Source of the DNA: Eledone cirrhosa
Taxonomy: Eukaryota
Direction of reading: 5' to 3'
Length of the DNA: 64,000 bases
NCBI GenBank assembly: GCA_964016885.1
Contig: OZ024741.1
Location: 342,178,001 to 342,242,000, forward strand
The translations under genes and the position numbers were made by a program. Positions 48,136-62,285 of the stretch are shown piece after piece (position 1 is the stretch's first letter; each line of letters begins with the position of its first letter). The notes below the pieces were generated by a model. It saw only the letters and a program-made list of their open reading frames with translations. It did no database searches and was not told the DNA's origin.

Positions 48136-51100
48136 AAAATTTTTTTTAAAACTACAGGTATAGACGACATGTTTCTGTGTTATTTTTAAGAATGGTTGAA
48201 AACAGATTTTATCTGAAATATATTTCAGATAAAATTTGGCATTTAATACTCATATAAGCACGAACTGTTGCTGTGTTGAGGTTTTTGTAGGCAGAATTTC
48301 AGGATTACCTGTCTCTAAATCGGGAATATACCAACACTTGCATAATAGCTAATAATAGCGTTTGTTACGTTTTACATTATCGGCAAAACACTCGACTGTG
48401 ATCTTATGGCTTATAACTTAGAATTTTCCCATTTTCCTTAGTCATTTGAATCGTGTTTCTGGTTGGCTAATTAAATTAATTTGCTTGCTTCACTGATTTT
48501 ACTAGCAACGGTTTTTTATTTTTTATTTTTTTTATTTTTTATTCTTGGTTCTTGTCAGAAAAGGAAGGTCACCCAGAAAAAAGGGAATTTACCAAAAGTA
48601 AAAAAGAAAAACGGAATTAAAAACATTTTGAAATGGAAAATTTGTTTCTCTATGCTTTGTATTAAATTATGCGTATACATTTTAATGAAAAAAAAAAAAA
48701 AAAGCCATCAGCTGTGATTAGCATTATAATTGGTGGAAATCACACCCACCCCTTATTTCATTTGTTGCTTACTGTGCCTCTCACACATGACATAATGGCC
48801 CTTTTTAGCTTTGAGTTTGACATCCTTGGCTTATAGGAAAATTAAATGAGTGTATATAAAGGTTGTTTGTAGGGTTTTGTTGAATTTTCATACTTTCAAC
48901 ATTTGATTATCAGTCATGGGTCAACCTCATAGGAATATATAGTATTGATTTCTAATTTAGGAGGCACAAGACCAACAATTTGAGGGAAGGGGAAAGTCAA
49001 TTACATCGATATCAGTACATGATTGATACTTTATTTTATTGATCCCAGAAGGATGAATGTAAAAAATTGACCTCAGCAGGATTTAAACTCAGAATGTAAA
49101 GGGCCATAACTAAATGGTGTAAAGCATTTTTTTTTGTTCAACGTTCTACTGCCTTATAAAGAAGGTACATCATTATTAACAGAACTCTGTGAAAACTGCT
49201 GTATGTACCTAATTCTCCTACTATTAGATTTACATCTCTCGGAAGAAAATTTACTTGACTTGCTATCATCATTCATCATAATCATCTTCATTATCATTAT
49301 ACTACTATATGGTGGATTGGCAGTTTTGGTAGAGGGTCGGACGCCATGCTTTGACGTATAGAGTTACGGCCCTTGCCATTTCGAGTTCAAATCCCGCCAA
49401 GGTTAACTTTGCCTTTCATCCTTACGGGGTCGATAAAATAAAGTACCAGTAATGCACTGGTTAATTGCTGGCCTTGTGCCTAACGTAGAAACAATTATAC
49501 TACTATGTGTTTGAAATACTATGAGGTAGATGAAATACATAGCTGGCGAATTGGCAGAGTCGTTAGAACATCAGATACAATGCTTTGCAGTATTTGTTCC
49601 AGCTCTCTGCTCTCTGAGGTCAACTTTACCCTTGATCCTTTTGAGGTCAATATGGTACCAGTCTAGTTCTAAGGTTGATTCTTCCTCTATATCTCTCTCT
49701 ATCACTTTCTCTCTCCTTCTGTGGAAAAAATTAGCTGTGTTCAGACCTGGAGAGATGGTTCACCATGGATTACAGGTCTAAAAAGAAAGTGAAATCTGTG
49801 CCAAAATAAATTTATAATTTGTCAGTTTGGCAATGAATATATTAATGATAACTTACCTTTTGGTTTTCATGAGAATGGCACCTTTGAAGCGGTTAATCTC
49901 TAAACAGTACTGACCAATGTACAATTCAATATGTTTACTTTGTGTTTTTTTTCCCCTTTTTTTCACCACTAAAGCAAATATAGTGAAATCTTTGCTTTAT
50001 TGATAGTGTCAGAATATTACTGAAACACATCCAGTGTTATCTCCCCTACGTGCCTGGAAATGAAAATGTTAGTCATTGCTTGTTTAAACCTAGTTTGTTT
50101 TTTAATGCTTCATGCATGAAATGTGTTAACATTAACACTTGATTATTGCTAATCTGTTTACTTTGGTATCATATAATAATTTGAATCTTGTGAAAAACCA
50201 TGATGTCATTTAAAGAGAGGTAGAAGACGTTAAAGAAAAAGAGATACGAGACATACACTTTAGGATAAAGCAGATATTTAGAAGAATGGAGACTGATTGC
50301 AACAAAGAGAAAACTCAATCCTACCACTTTTGGGGTTGATTGTTCTTATAAAGTGTCAGAACTTTCAAGACATTCATATGGATATTACCATGAAGAGTAT
50401 ATAAGTTTTGTTATAATTTCTTGTTTTCTGTATAGTTTTGCAAAGTTTCAGTTTGATCCCCAGCTGCCATTTCTATTGGCAATTATTTTATTGAAAGAGA
50501 ATTGAAAATGTAGAAATTCTTCACTGTATTACAATGAAGTTGGTTTCTGAACTTGATTTTATATTAAAAAGGTGAAACAATTTAGACTATTGCTTACCAC
50601 AGGCTGATCTAGACAGTTTGAAGGTTATACAACCCTACTTCTCTGAATGTGAGCTTGATCCTTTTGGGGCTTATTCATATCATTCTGAGAATTTCTTAGA
50701 AGAAACAGTTACTCAAGCAGCTTCAATACAGTTACACAATTCTAGGACAAAAGAGTTTCTGGTCATCTATATTAATCATTCTCAAAGTAGCCCATACTGA
50801 AGTTAACTGCTCTTATACAGAACTTTGAAGATATTCATATATTTCCATGAAGAGTTTATAAGCATTGCAATACCGTATTCTTTTGTGTATAACACACACC
50901 TCTTTTTGACTATAAAATGTCTGGGAAAACCTAGTTATGGAGTATATTTATATTGCACACCCCCAAAATAAAGAAGGAAGAAAAAAATGAAAAAACTGCA
51001 CAGTATACACGAAAGAATATAGTACTTTTACTATCTGTATAGTTTTACAAAGATTCAGATTGATCCTCACTCACCATTTATACAGTTCTAAGACTCAAGG

Positions 51101-54100
51101 GTTTCTGGTTGTATTCTATATTAATCATTCTCAAAGTAGCCCCTGCTGTGCTTAACTGATTTAAGAGAAAATAACTTAAAACAGAAAAGGGCTTGTTAAT
51201 CCAAATATCTATATCTTTATTTCTGAACAGATTGTTGTGAAGATATGCAGTAAACTGAATATCTTCACAACAATCTGTTCATTAACAGTCTTTTAATGTG
51301 ATGCAGTCATAGTTATGTTTTGTACTTTTCAAGAATGTTTCTTGCAGTGCAGGACATTGAGTTAATAATGATTTTAGAATGGATTGTGTGTTGTTATTGA
51401 GCAAAACACTTCATTTCATGTTGTTCTGGTATACTCAGCTGAAAATGAGTACCTACAGTAACTGGGAGGTTTAACCTTGTGATGCACTGTTGTCCTATCC
51501 AGAAGGGAGTTTTATACTCTCTGCCACTTAATGTCAAGGAAACTGGGATAAGCACTGGCTTAATGAACTTCCAAGCTGGTAACAGGCTTTAAACTTTTTT
51601 TTTAGATCCTTTTTCAAATTTGTAACCTTGTGCTTAATTTAAGAAATCATTAATTTGGTGCTGGTATAATATTTTCGTTTACGTTCTGATTTCAAATCCT
51701 GCTGGAGTGACTTGGATTTTCATTAAGTGTTAGACTTATAATTATTCATTTATAGCTTTGTGTCAGTATGGAAAACTAAGGGTTTCTTATTTATGCATAA
51801 GGTTAGAAGTTTTTACATTTCTTTTGGTAGAGGGATTCAGTTGATTGTATCAAGCACAGCACATGAATTTTATTGACCCTGCAAGGATAAAAGGTAAAAC
51901 TGACATCAATGGGATTTGAACTTAAAGAACTTTAACTAATCACTACAAGGCATTTATCTAACGTTATATCAATTTTGCCAATTCACCACCCTTAGAAAAC
52001 CTGTTAATAATGGCTTCAATATAGGTACATTTATAAGGAGTAAATGGTGTTGCTAAAATCGATTCAAGATGTCTACTCTGTTTTTTTCTTTCTGAAACGA
52101 GCCCCCTCCCCCACGCAACCGCTCGATCAACTGCTAGAAATAGCAGCCAAACCGAACCCTATCGTCACAAATAAGACATTGAACAAGAAGACCGGATTGT
52201 CGTGGTTGTAATGCCTTTTAATAAGTATTCTATTTGATCAGGGTTGAATTGGAGCAAAAAAAAAATATTAAAAAACAAAAGCAAAACGTCAACATAATAG
52301 TAACATTATTACGAATGCCTGGCACGGTGCATAAATTGGAAACTAAGTCGATAAGTCATTGACCTGCTGCAGCTCGTCTCACACTGCTGCCGACCAATCT
52401 TTCCATCTTACTTACTCTAGAACTCCCCCTCCTTCCTTCCAAAATACTCTTTAGACGTTCCATTACGACCACCTCCCACAATTTCCCCCTCATTTCGTGT
52501 CATTTTCTTTTTACTTTTTACACGTTTTTGTATCCGTTTCACTTTTTATCATTCTTTATTTTTCTTTTTTATTCTTCGTTCTGCCTTTTCACTCTTTCCA
52601 TACGTTTAAAAACAAAATTTATTATTTAACTCTTCTGTATTTCTCATTTTTTCTTTCCTCCGTTATCTTATCCACTCTATTTCTTTCATTTTTATTTCTC
52701 TCTTCTTTCGTTGTCTTTTATTTCAACGAAATTCTCTATTTCCTTTTTGTATTTTTATACAGATGTCTTGTTACATTTGCACACCTCTCTCCCTTTCCCT
52801 ATTTCATCTCTTCACTGTCTCCTTAATACTCTTTCAATCTCTTTCTTCTCCTCATATGCTCTTCATTCTTTCTCTTCTTCTCCAACTTCAGTTTAATAAT
52901 TAATATCTTCAATATTTATTTTCTTTCGTTACATTTTTCTGTCATTCTTTTACTAACATTTTCATCTCTCGACTTGCTGGAAACAGTTGATAAATAAATA
53001 CCCCTCAAATGATGCCTTAACATCTTAAGGACACCTTGAATAATACAATCCTTAATAGATTATCTTTTATTATAGATCTGCTGCTCGTTTGGGTTAATTT
53101 GGGACTAAACAAACAAATTCTTTTTTTCTCGTGTTCCTCTTTAGATGTACTTTACTCTTTCGTTTCGTTTTCACCTCTTCTTGAATTCATTTTTTTCTTT
53201 CGTTCTCATTTTTCTCACTACGTTTTTTTTTCTTTTTTCAATTTCCTTTCCTTTTTTTCTCGTATTTCCTTAAATTTTCCTTCTCTTTTTCTCTATCTTC
53301 CCTTTCATTAATTACTTTCTCTACCCACTCCCGCTCCCTTTTCTGCTCCCCCCCCTTCATTCTTTCTAAAATCATTAGAATAAATTATTAAAAATTCTTC
53401 ATTTTTATTTTCAATGACTTTGAAGAATCTGATGAACCGATAAATAAATAAATAAATTCCAGTCAACCCATTGCTACTTGTCTGTCTGTTTTCTCACCCA
53501 TTCATTACATTTGTGTATGTGTGTGCGTGCGTATACTACTGCAGCTGATGTGGATATTAAGGATTTTGTCATTTTTCGTTTGCATTTCTTTCACATTTTA
53601 GAGGGAAAAGCTTAAAAACTAACATTTTCCCTTTCGTTCTTATAGTTTATTTCGATATATATATATATATATAATGAAATTTAGATTTGTATTTATTTTT
53701 TTTACTATTATATGGTACCAGAAAGATTGGAGGTGAGGATGTCTAGTCGGCGGCTGTGTGGTGCAAGAGGTGATGGTTGCATATCAATTAGTTCACACTA
53801 GGAAATAATAATGATGATGATGATAACGATCATTCTAATGATCCTTTAGGTACCACAAAGACGACGAATATCACAAACAAGGCGATATTATTTTATTACA
53901 ATAATACCATTAAAATAAATGTGTGTACGTGAGGACACAAAATACATTTATGTATATAATTCAAAATAAAATTGAAATTAAGAATGTAGGAAATAAGATA
54001 TATAACGATTTTTCTTATGATACACATGGAAATAATTGAGCTATTTGACAGGAAAGGCACAGTGGGAAGTTGTGTTGGTCATGCCTTTTCTTGCAACAGG

Positions 54101-55965
54101 CCTCACTGATTCAGTAAAGCTTTTTATACTTAACAATAGAGAAATATAGTGTAATATATCGTGTGTATGTATGTGTTAAAGATTATATTTAGGCGCGCGC
54201 GAATATGCTTTTGTTTGGTTAAGAGTGCTTATACATGTGTAAGAGTATGTAAATGTGTCTGTGTGTGCATGCACATAGAGATATAATGTGTGTGTAGCAC
54301 TATTCCTCTTTGGCGACGGTGTTTGGTTGATATTGTTGGTTGTAATTTTGATATAAAGGGGCGGATGGATGGATTTTCTGACTGCTTCTTCGTAAGCATG
54401 TGTGCGTGTGCATGTGCCTGGTGCATTTCTTTCACTCTTTCTCTCGGGCGACGTGATGATGTTTGTGATGAGAGAAAGAGAGCGAGCTAGTGAGAAGATA
54501 AAGAGAGGGGACCATGGGTGGTGGTGGTTTCATTACTGAATATTTTAAAACTACTATGCAGTCTCTTTAACTGTTGCATCACTTGCCACTGCTTTTTCGC
54601 CCATTTTTACACAAATCAGAACCAGCATTGCAAAAAGCTGCCGATTTAGAATTGCTAAGAATGGTTTGCTTGCTTGGATTGTCTATGTCGCGATACAAAG
54701 TCGTTTGCCACGCTACTGAGGTTCACAGACGTTTATTATTTTTATCTTTGTTGTTGTTGTTGTTGTTGTTATTGTCTGTGATTACTGTTGTTATTAATTT
54801 TTGCAGTCTTTATATTTTATTACCCACAATATGCTAAATTAGTAATAAATATATTTAAATAATAAGCTTTACTATAATAATTAAGAAACCTTAAATTAAC
54901 AGTAGCAACAGCAGTAATAACGATGATGATGATAATAATAATTGTAATTGTTTTTTTATTTTTGAAGTTTGTAATTATAACTTCAATTAATAATATTAAT
55001 AACAAAAAAAATTATTTCTGGATCGTTGCCTCGTGTCTTGTTTCTTGTCTAAAAAAAATGTTAGCACTTTTTCTTGCATAACGGATTAATTTACACCTAA
55101 TTAAGAAATTATCGTTTCAGCTTGACCCCCCCCCCCCCTTCTTTGTTTTTCAAGTCAACTCACATTTTAAAATGTCTCTGTTTTGTTTTCCTTTTCTGTG
55201 TACAAGTGTGCGTGACGGCAGTTAGACCACAGAAGTTTTACACGGTTCGGTGCTTCTTACAGTGTTTCAGAGAATGTATGCAGACGTTAAAAACAAAACA
55301 AGAAAAAAAAAAACATAACTAGTAAATAAGTCATTTAATAAAGATAGCTTAAACATCAGATTAGTTAAATAAAAAAAAAGAAGTAATCTTCACATGTTCG
55401 AATTATTTAATAAATACCATTTATTATTATAGAGAAATATACAAACATACGTTTTCGAGACTCCCTAGTTAAATATATCACTGGCTTAAGGCTGAAATTA
55501 AAAAATAATATAATTTTGCGGTACTTTGTTTAAATTTATTACCAGTAATACAATGAGAATTAATACACTCGGTTAGACCACATTCAATAGAAAAAAAATA
55601 AATAAATAAAACGGCATTGACAACGAAATAAAATGTTTTGTGTAATGCAAGTCAAAAGAAATTATTTGCGTGGTGCCTTCACAGCAGTAAACTTAGGGAT
55701 TTATGTAGAATATGTATAAATAAATGAACCGATTAGAGTACCAATCAACATTATTTCGTTTTGATGGATATAGGCGCCATATAAGTGCATTATTGTTATT
55801 ATTATTAAAAAACGACTAACCAACCGAGTCTGCGATCCAGCTTTGCTAATCCTCTTCAGAACCCGTCTTTAGTCAAGATGCGTAACGTTACAATTTTTCC
55901 ATTTCCCCCCTCATCTAAGAATACGAGACATCACGCCTATTTATAAAGAAACAACTACTTGCTAC

Positions 55966-55996
<31 letters not shown>

Positions 55997-58028
55997 CTAA
56001 TTTTGCTAATGTTATAAATTTTTCAATTAGTAACTATTTCCGTTGTTAACCACAAGCGTTTATTTTTCTACTACTAGTAACAGTATTACCACTATGCTAT
56101 TAACTAATGCAATTACTGCTGCAGCTGCTGATGTAGCCGATATTATCACCACCACCATCTCTTGTTGCATTTAAAGTTGTCGTTGGCTTACATAAACCCT
56201 CCATCGCCTATTTAATTCCTGAATGAGCTGAGTGTGGTACCATGAAAGGAGCATAAAGAAATCACGGCCACTTATTAATGATATTGTGGATTTTTCTTTC
56301 AGTTTTAAAAATGTCATACAAATGTTCTTTCAGCACTTTCACAAGAATGAGAAACCAAAATATACCCATGTACTGTTTGTTAAGTTAGAGATACTCAACT
56401 TTTTTTCTGTTTCTTTCACTTTCGCCTTTTTCATTCCCCATTTCAATTTTCACTCTTTAATTATTTGTCCTTTTCCTTTTATTATTACTGGCAGAAATCA
56501 ATAGTTCTTTCAATGACCACAGGCGCAATAGCGACTCACTCCTCTTCAACATCGATATGGCAACAAACACTACTATATAAAACACTTAACGACGCTCATA
56601 AATCATTCCTTTCCCTGTTTCTCTTTTATTCTTTGTTCGCCTCTATCCTCATCAATCTTTTCTTTATTTCACCTTATTTTTCTCTTTTTATCTTCATTCG
56701 TCTCCTCTTTCGGTTTACCCCCATCGCCCCCTACTTTCCTTCACTCCCGCTCCCATCATTGCTTTTTTTTCACCTCCCCTTCAGCCAGACTACCTTTCCT
56801 CTCTCCTTATTCCTTTTCTTGCCTTCATATCCCTCCTCTCCGCCTTTCATCTATGGTTATAACATTCTTTACTTTTATCACGTTAGATAAGCATTATATG
56901 TCTTTCATTCTTATGGGGTTTGATAAAATAAAATACCAGTAATTCACTAGGGTAGATTTAATCGACTTTCCCATTCCCTGCAAATTGCTGGTCTTGTGAC
57001 AAAAAGAGAAACAATTATTTTGTCTGTCTCATAAAATGAATATTAATTAAAAAAAAAAATGTTTAAATTTAGATTTTGAGTATACTTTATAATGATAGAA
57101 GAATGATGGTTGTTAGCCTTGATTCAGCAGATTTATGTTCAAAGCCGTTCCAGTTGTGACCAACCCACCATATTTTCAAATACTATCTAAGACTACACTT
57201 TTTGCTGTGATCTTTTTTTTTAAGATGGCAGGGTTATTATTGCCTGCCCCCCCCCCCCCCCCCCATCCGAGTGAACAGATCTGAGATCAGAGGCAATCAT
57301 CTCACTGTATTTTATATCAGCAAGTGGAATTGTCACACATAGGCTCCCAGTAGTTTATCATTGTAGTGATAAGCGTATTTATTTTTAATTGCTTCTACGG
57401 AAAAACAACAAAAACATTGAAGTAATATATTAATGTTGAGTTGAATTATAAATATTATTACCCGAGTTGTACTTCTCTGGTAAGTGACTTGAGACGGTGT
57501 GCTGAAACTAAAGTAATTTGAATCGTTGAGTGCATATTGGTGTCACCTACAGTAATCAACAAACCATTGCCATGCTTTGACGCATAGAGTTACGGCTCTT
57601 GCCATTCTGAGTTCAAATTCCGCCGAGGTTAACTTTGCCTCTCATTCTTACGGGGTCGATAAAATAAAGTACCAGTAATACACTGTGTAATTAATTGCTG
57701 GCCTTGTGCCAAAAGTAGAAACAATTATGTAATATATATATATATATATTAAATTCAAATATTAATAAAATAGACGTTCTTGTGATCAATTAAATTTTAT
57801 TATATTTCAGAGGTACTTGAATCAAGTTCAATAGTACGTCCTTATCAGATAAAATAAAATGATACATGACACCCTGACATGTTAAATTTGAATTTAATAT
57901 TAATAACTCTGGAAAATATCTTTCTGTAGAGTGCTTTCAATCTACTGTAAAACTCATTCTTTGATGTACTCATTGAATCTTGTTTAACTCTTTAAAATAT
58001 ATATATATACAGTATATATATATATATA

Positions 58029-58230
58029 AGGTAAACAGAAATAAAAAAAATAACAAAACAAACGGCACAGTACATGGAAGAAATATATTAGTTTAACGCT
58101 TGAAATAGCAGAAAGAGAGTTTGACGTTTCGGACACTAGTCCTTCATCAGAAGATAGTAAGAAATAGAAGATAAATAGAAAGTAAAGAGTGATGAGAGGA
58201 AGGAATGGGGAAAATGAGAAAAAAAAACAC
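58029..58230 (-). mobile_element. Short non-autonomous hammerhead-bearing repeat (solo PLE pLTR or retrozyme-like)
   Basis: Minus strand CUGAUGA-a-GGAC-uagu-GUCC-GAAA-CG-UC at about 58120-58153. Homologous copies at about 1650-1815 (-) and 63325-63510 (+). Confidence 0.75.
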
Positions 58231-58328
58231 GTGTATATTCAGTTGGCCATCTCTCTCTCTCTCTCTCTCTCACTCACTCACTCACTCACTCACTCACTCA
58301 CTCACTCACTCACTCACTCACTCACTCA

Positions 58329-58391
<63 letters not shown>

Positions 58392-59109
58392 ATCTACTCT
58401 GTTTTTCTGCTGTCATTACTCCCTTCTAATCACTCTTTGGGATATGTTGCTCATATGAATAGTGACAATCTAAAGGAATGAGTGATCGTTAGACTTAGGA
58501 GATACAAAGCAGCTGCACTAGTGCTGATGCCATGATAAAATGTGCCGAGTACACTCTGTAAAGCGATTGGCATTAAGAGTATCAAGCCATAGAGACCATA
58601 CTAAGAATTGAATGTAGAAATGATTATAATTCTCTGATTAGTCTAGAAAGGCTTTACCTATGAATAATAACTGACTTGACCCATGGCATCCTGTTTAACC
58701 AACACTGATGTGGTAAATGGATAGTGATATATATACATGTGTGTATGTATGTGTATATAAGTACTGACTTACTCTGTGATGAACCATCCAGTCCTTGCTA
58801 GCAGGGAAAATGGAAATTGGCTGATATGAATATGTGCATGTGTATATAGGTGTGTTTCAAGACCCAATATTGATCATATTTCTAGATTAATAGGGATCAA
58901 ATTTGTGACCTAATCTTCAGGTGCCTTTTGGTTAGGTCACAAATTTGATCCCTCTTACAATCTGGAAATATGGTCAATATTGTATTTTGAAACCTTATGT
59001 AACACTTTTGTTCCATGTATGAATATTAATAGATAATGTAATATATCAGCTCTCATCCCTGATTAAGAATTGTTTTCCATTTTCCTAGCTTTGGATGTTT
59101 TCTACATAC

Positions 59110-61915
59110 ACACATATCGTTTTTACATGTTATTCCATGCTTGTATGGGTTGGACTGGTCCTTCTTAACGCAGCATCCCTCCACTCACAGCGTTTCTTCG
59201 TCATCTCCTCTGTGAGCCTCAGCGATTTGAGGTCAGCTCTCACCATCTCTCCCCAGGTCTTTCTCAATCTATCTCTACTGCAGCTTCCTTTTACTGGTAT
59301 TTCCTGGCACTTCTTCACCTACTGGTATTTCCTGGCACACAGTCTTCTCTCTCACACACAACATTGGATTTCACTTCTCCCTCAGTTAATCCAAGCTCTG
59401 CCTTTTACTCCCATTTACATTGCACATCCAATGAAACATAGCTGCTTCATTTGTCTCCAGTCAACGCATGTTTTCTGCGGTCACTGTCCATGTTTCACTA
59501 TCATGCAGCATGGTACTTTGCACACAGGCGTCATACAGTTGTCATTTTGTATGTAGGGAGAAACCTTTTATTGTCAACAGTGGGAGTAGTTCTCTAATCT
59601 TTTTTCATCCTATCCTTATTTTGCTATTATGCTCTTCTGAGCAACCTCCACTGCTGCTAATTAAGTCACCTAGATAGCAGGAGCTATCAACCACTTTTAT
59701 GAACTCTTCCTGTGACTTTTATATCACCACCGTTCTTCCCTTCGATTACTCCTGTGCATCTTCTACAAACAAAGTCTACCTGTTATCCCACTACATCTCT
59801 TGTGCTCCCAAGATTTACATTGTGTACACCCTATGGAGTTTATGCCTATTCCTTTTCTACATATAGAGCAGGGCTACTTTGCTGAAGGGATCAGGGTCCT
59901 ATCTTCTTTCCCAGCACCTTAGTTTTGGCTAAGTTTACTTGCAGACCTTTTGATTCTAAATTTTGTTTCTATAGTCAGAACTTATTTTCTAGTTCTTCTA
60001 TGGATTTGGCTATAAAGACCAAATCATCTACATTAGTTTTATTCTTCTGTAGTTGCCCCTTTCTAGAGCATCAGCTTTGCCCTTATTGCAATTTATGATT
60101 ATACTGTTGTGCCAGTCATTGGGTATGACAGCCAGTTTTAAAATCCTCTGCTATGTCCTAGATAACTAAGATGAATAGCAGTGGGCTAAGAACTGAACCT
60201 TGATGAACTCCTACATGTACTTTGAATTCCTCACTAAACTCACTTCCTACTTTCTCTTTATTGACAGCTCCTCTGTACATGGGTTGCATTGCTCTCACCA
60301 AACATTCTTCTACATCTAATTTCCTTAAAGACCACCAGATAATAGATTGAGATGTTCTGTCAAAGACCTTTTCTAGATCAACAAAAGCTAAATATAGTGG
60401 CTTATTCGGTTAGGAAATCTCTTGTAGTTGTTTCACCAAGAAGAGGGCATCTGTAGTACTTTTCCCAGACATGAAACCAAACTGCACCTCATCTAATTTG
60501 ACTCTTTTCCTAATTAGCTGCACTATAACTCTTTCTGTCACTTTCATAACTTGGTCCATTAGTTTTATTCCTTTATAGTTGCTTCTTTGCCCTTATTACA
60601 AATTATAATTGTACTGCAGTGCCAGTCATTGGATATGAGTCCGTCTTGTACTATGTGGGTTCGATTCCTACTTCTGATGCTTTTAGTATCTCAGCAACAA
60701 ATTTTACCATTCTTCATCTCTTTAATTGCTTCTTTGACCCTATAACTGTCAATTTCAATAGCTGGTCCTTCTGTTGGGTAAGTGGGGGTAGTTTCTCTTC
60801 CTCCCATTCATTCTCTACATTCATCAATCTCTCATAGTAACATTTCCAGGCCTTTTTCTTTTGAGCATCAGTGGTGCTAAGTGCACCAGTGTCTTTTTCC
60901 CCCAACAACATCTCGATTTACACTAATACACTGCCTTGCAATGCGAAATGCATCACTTCTCTGGTCCCCATGTCTCAAGATATTGGCAAACTTTCTTTTT
61001 TCAACCTCTCTCCGAGCTGTGTATACCTCTCATCTCTCTTAGCTCCCTGGTACTGGCCTCTGCTACTCCCATTTTTCCAGTCTTTTGATTGTTGTCTCTT
61101 GGCTTTAATGGCTCTATCCACTGTGCTGTTCCACCATCGGGTCACCCTCTATCTAGCTGGTGCTTTACCTCAGCCACAAGTCTCATCAGTAATTTGCAAA
61201 AGGTTGTCACTTAGTAATTTCTTGTTGTCCTCTACATTATATGTACCTAGCTCTATCACCCCTCTCATCTATTATATCCTGTGGGGCCTTACTAAACCTA
61301 TATTTAACTGAAAGGTCCTTTATCTTCCAAACCATCCACCTCCTTATTTTACTGTGTATCTTGTTCTGTCTTGTGTTTATTTTCATGTTGCTAATAATTG
61401 ACTTGTATTGGACAGTGCATTCTTCCCGAGGGAAGGCCTTAGTGTTTATTTGTTTATCTTGTTTTCTTATGAGTAAGTAATCAATTTAGCTTGTGTGTTC
61501 ACCTGATTGATATGAAACCATATGGCTGGCTGGTTTCCTAAAATTTGTGTTGTAAATGGTTAGTTCATTCATGTCACAGAATTCCAGGAACCTCAATCCC
61601 TCTTCGTTTCTTGAGTCATAACCATAGCTGCCGTGAACTCCTCAGAATCCATCCTGGTATTGCCCCACATGTCCATTAAAGTCACCTGCTAGGATGTTGA
61701 TGTCTCTTTTATCAATACCTGGAGTTGTCTGTAAAAGTTCCTCATAGAACCTGTCCTTTTGGTCTTTACCCAGCCCTGCTTGTGGTGCATAGTTAGATGG
61801 AATTGACACCATTCTATTTCTTACATCTATTTTAAGTTTGATGATTCTGTCACTTTAACTACCTCTATCAGTTAGTAAGATGTTTACATTTCCCACCCCA
61901 TTGTCATTTTCTACC
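59110..61915 (-). mobile_element. Old, heavily decayed near full-length RTE LINE related to 42541-46273
   Basis: Colinear relics of APE, linker (VTRWWNS), KKAWKCYYERLMNVENEWE, RT and C-terminus (RKTWGEMVRADL), with many frameshifts and stops. Confidence 0.88.
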
Positions 61916-62059
61916 CAGTAGAGTTTTTATATCTTTGTCTGTGATTAGTTTCTCTACATTTTGTACTAATTCCCATATCCTACTTACTATCATGAGTGTA
62001 TTTATTTTGATGACAAAAAAAAATGTCAACCTATCAGTTGTATTGCTGGTGGAAATCAG

Positions 62060-62285
62060 CCATCCCCATCTCAGTTTTGGCCTGCTGTGCCTCTCCTCCA
62101 CTATATAATGGTCTTTTTGAGTCTTTGAGTTTAAGACCCTTATTGAAGAGGGTCAGAAGTTGAGGCTGAAGTATTTTGGAACTCTGAAGAGAAGGGCCAG
62201 TTTGTTAGATGCAGTTCTAGCTATGTTTATGATGTACATTTGCCACGAGAGATAAATAATGACAGTAAGGTTTAGCATTTTGGAG
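62060..62285 (-). mobile_element. CR1/Jockey-like RT C-terminal relic
   Basis: LSWQMYIINIARTASNKLALLFRVPKYFS resembles the post-RT region of CR1/Jockey-group LINEs. Confidence 0.5.

Noticed and set aside
52497-56890. Phe/Leu/Ser-rich ORFs resembling membrane proteins
   Set aside because: They derive from pyrimidine-rich low-complexity DNA, with no recognisable homology or exon structure.
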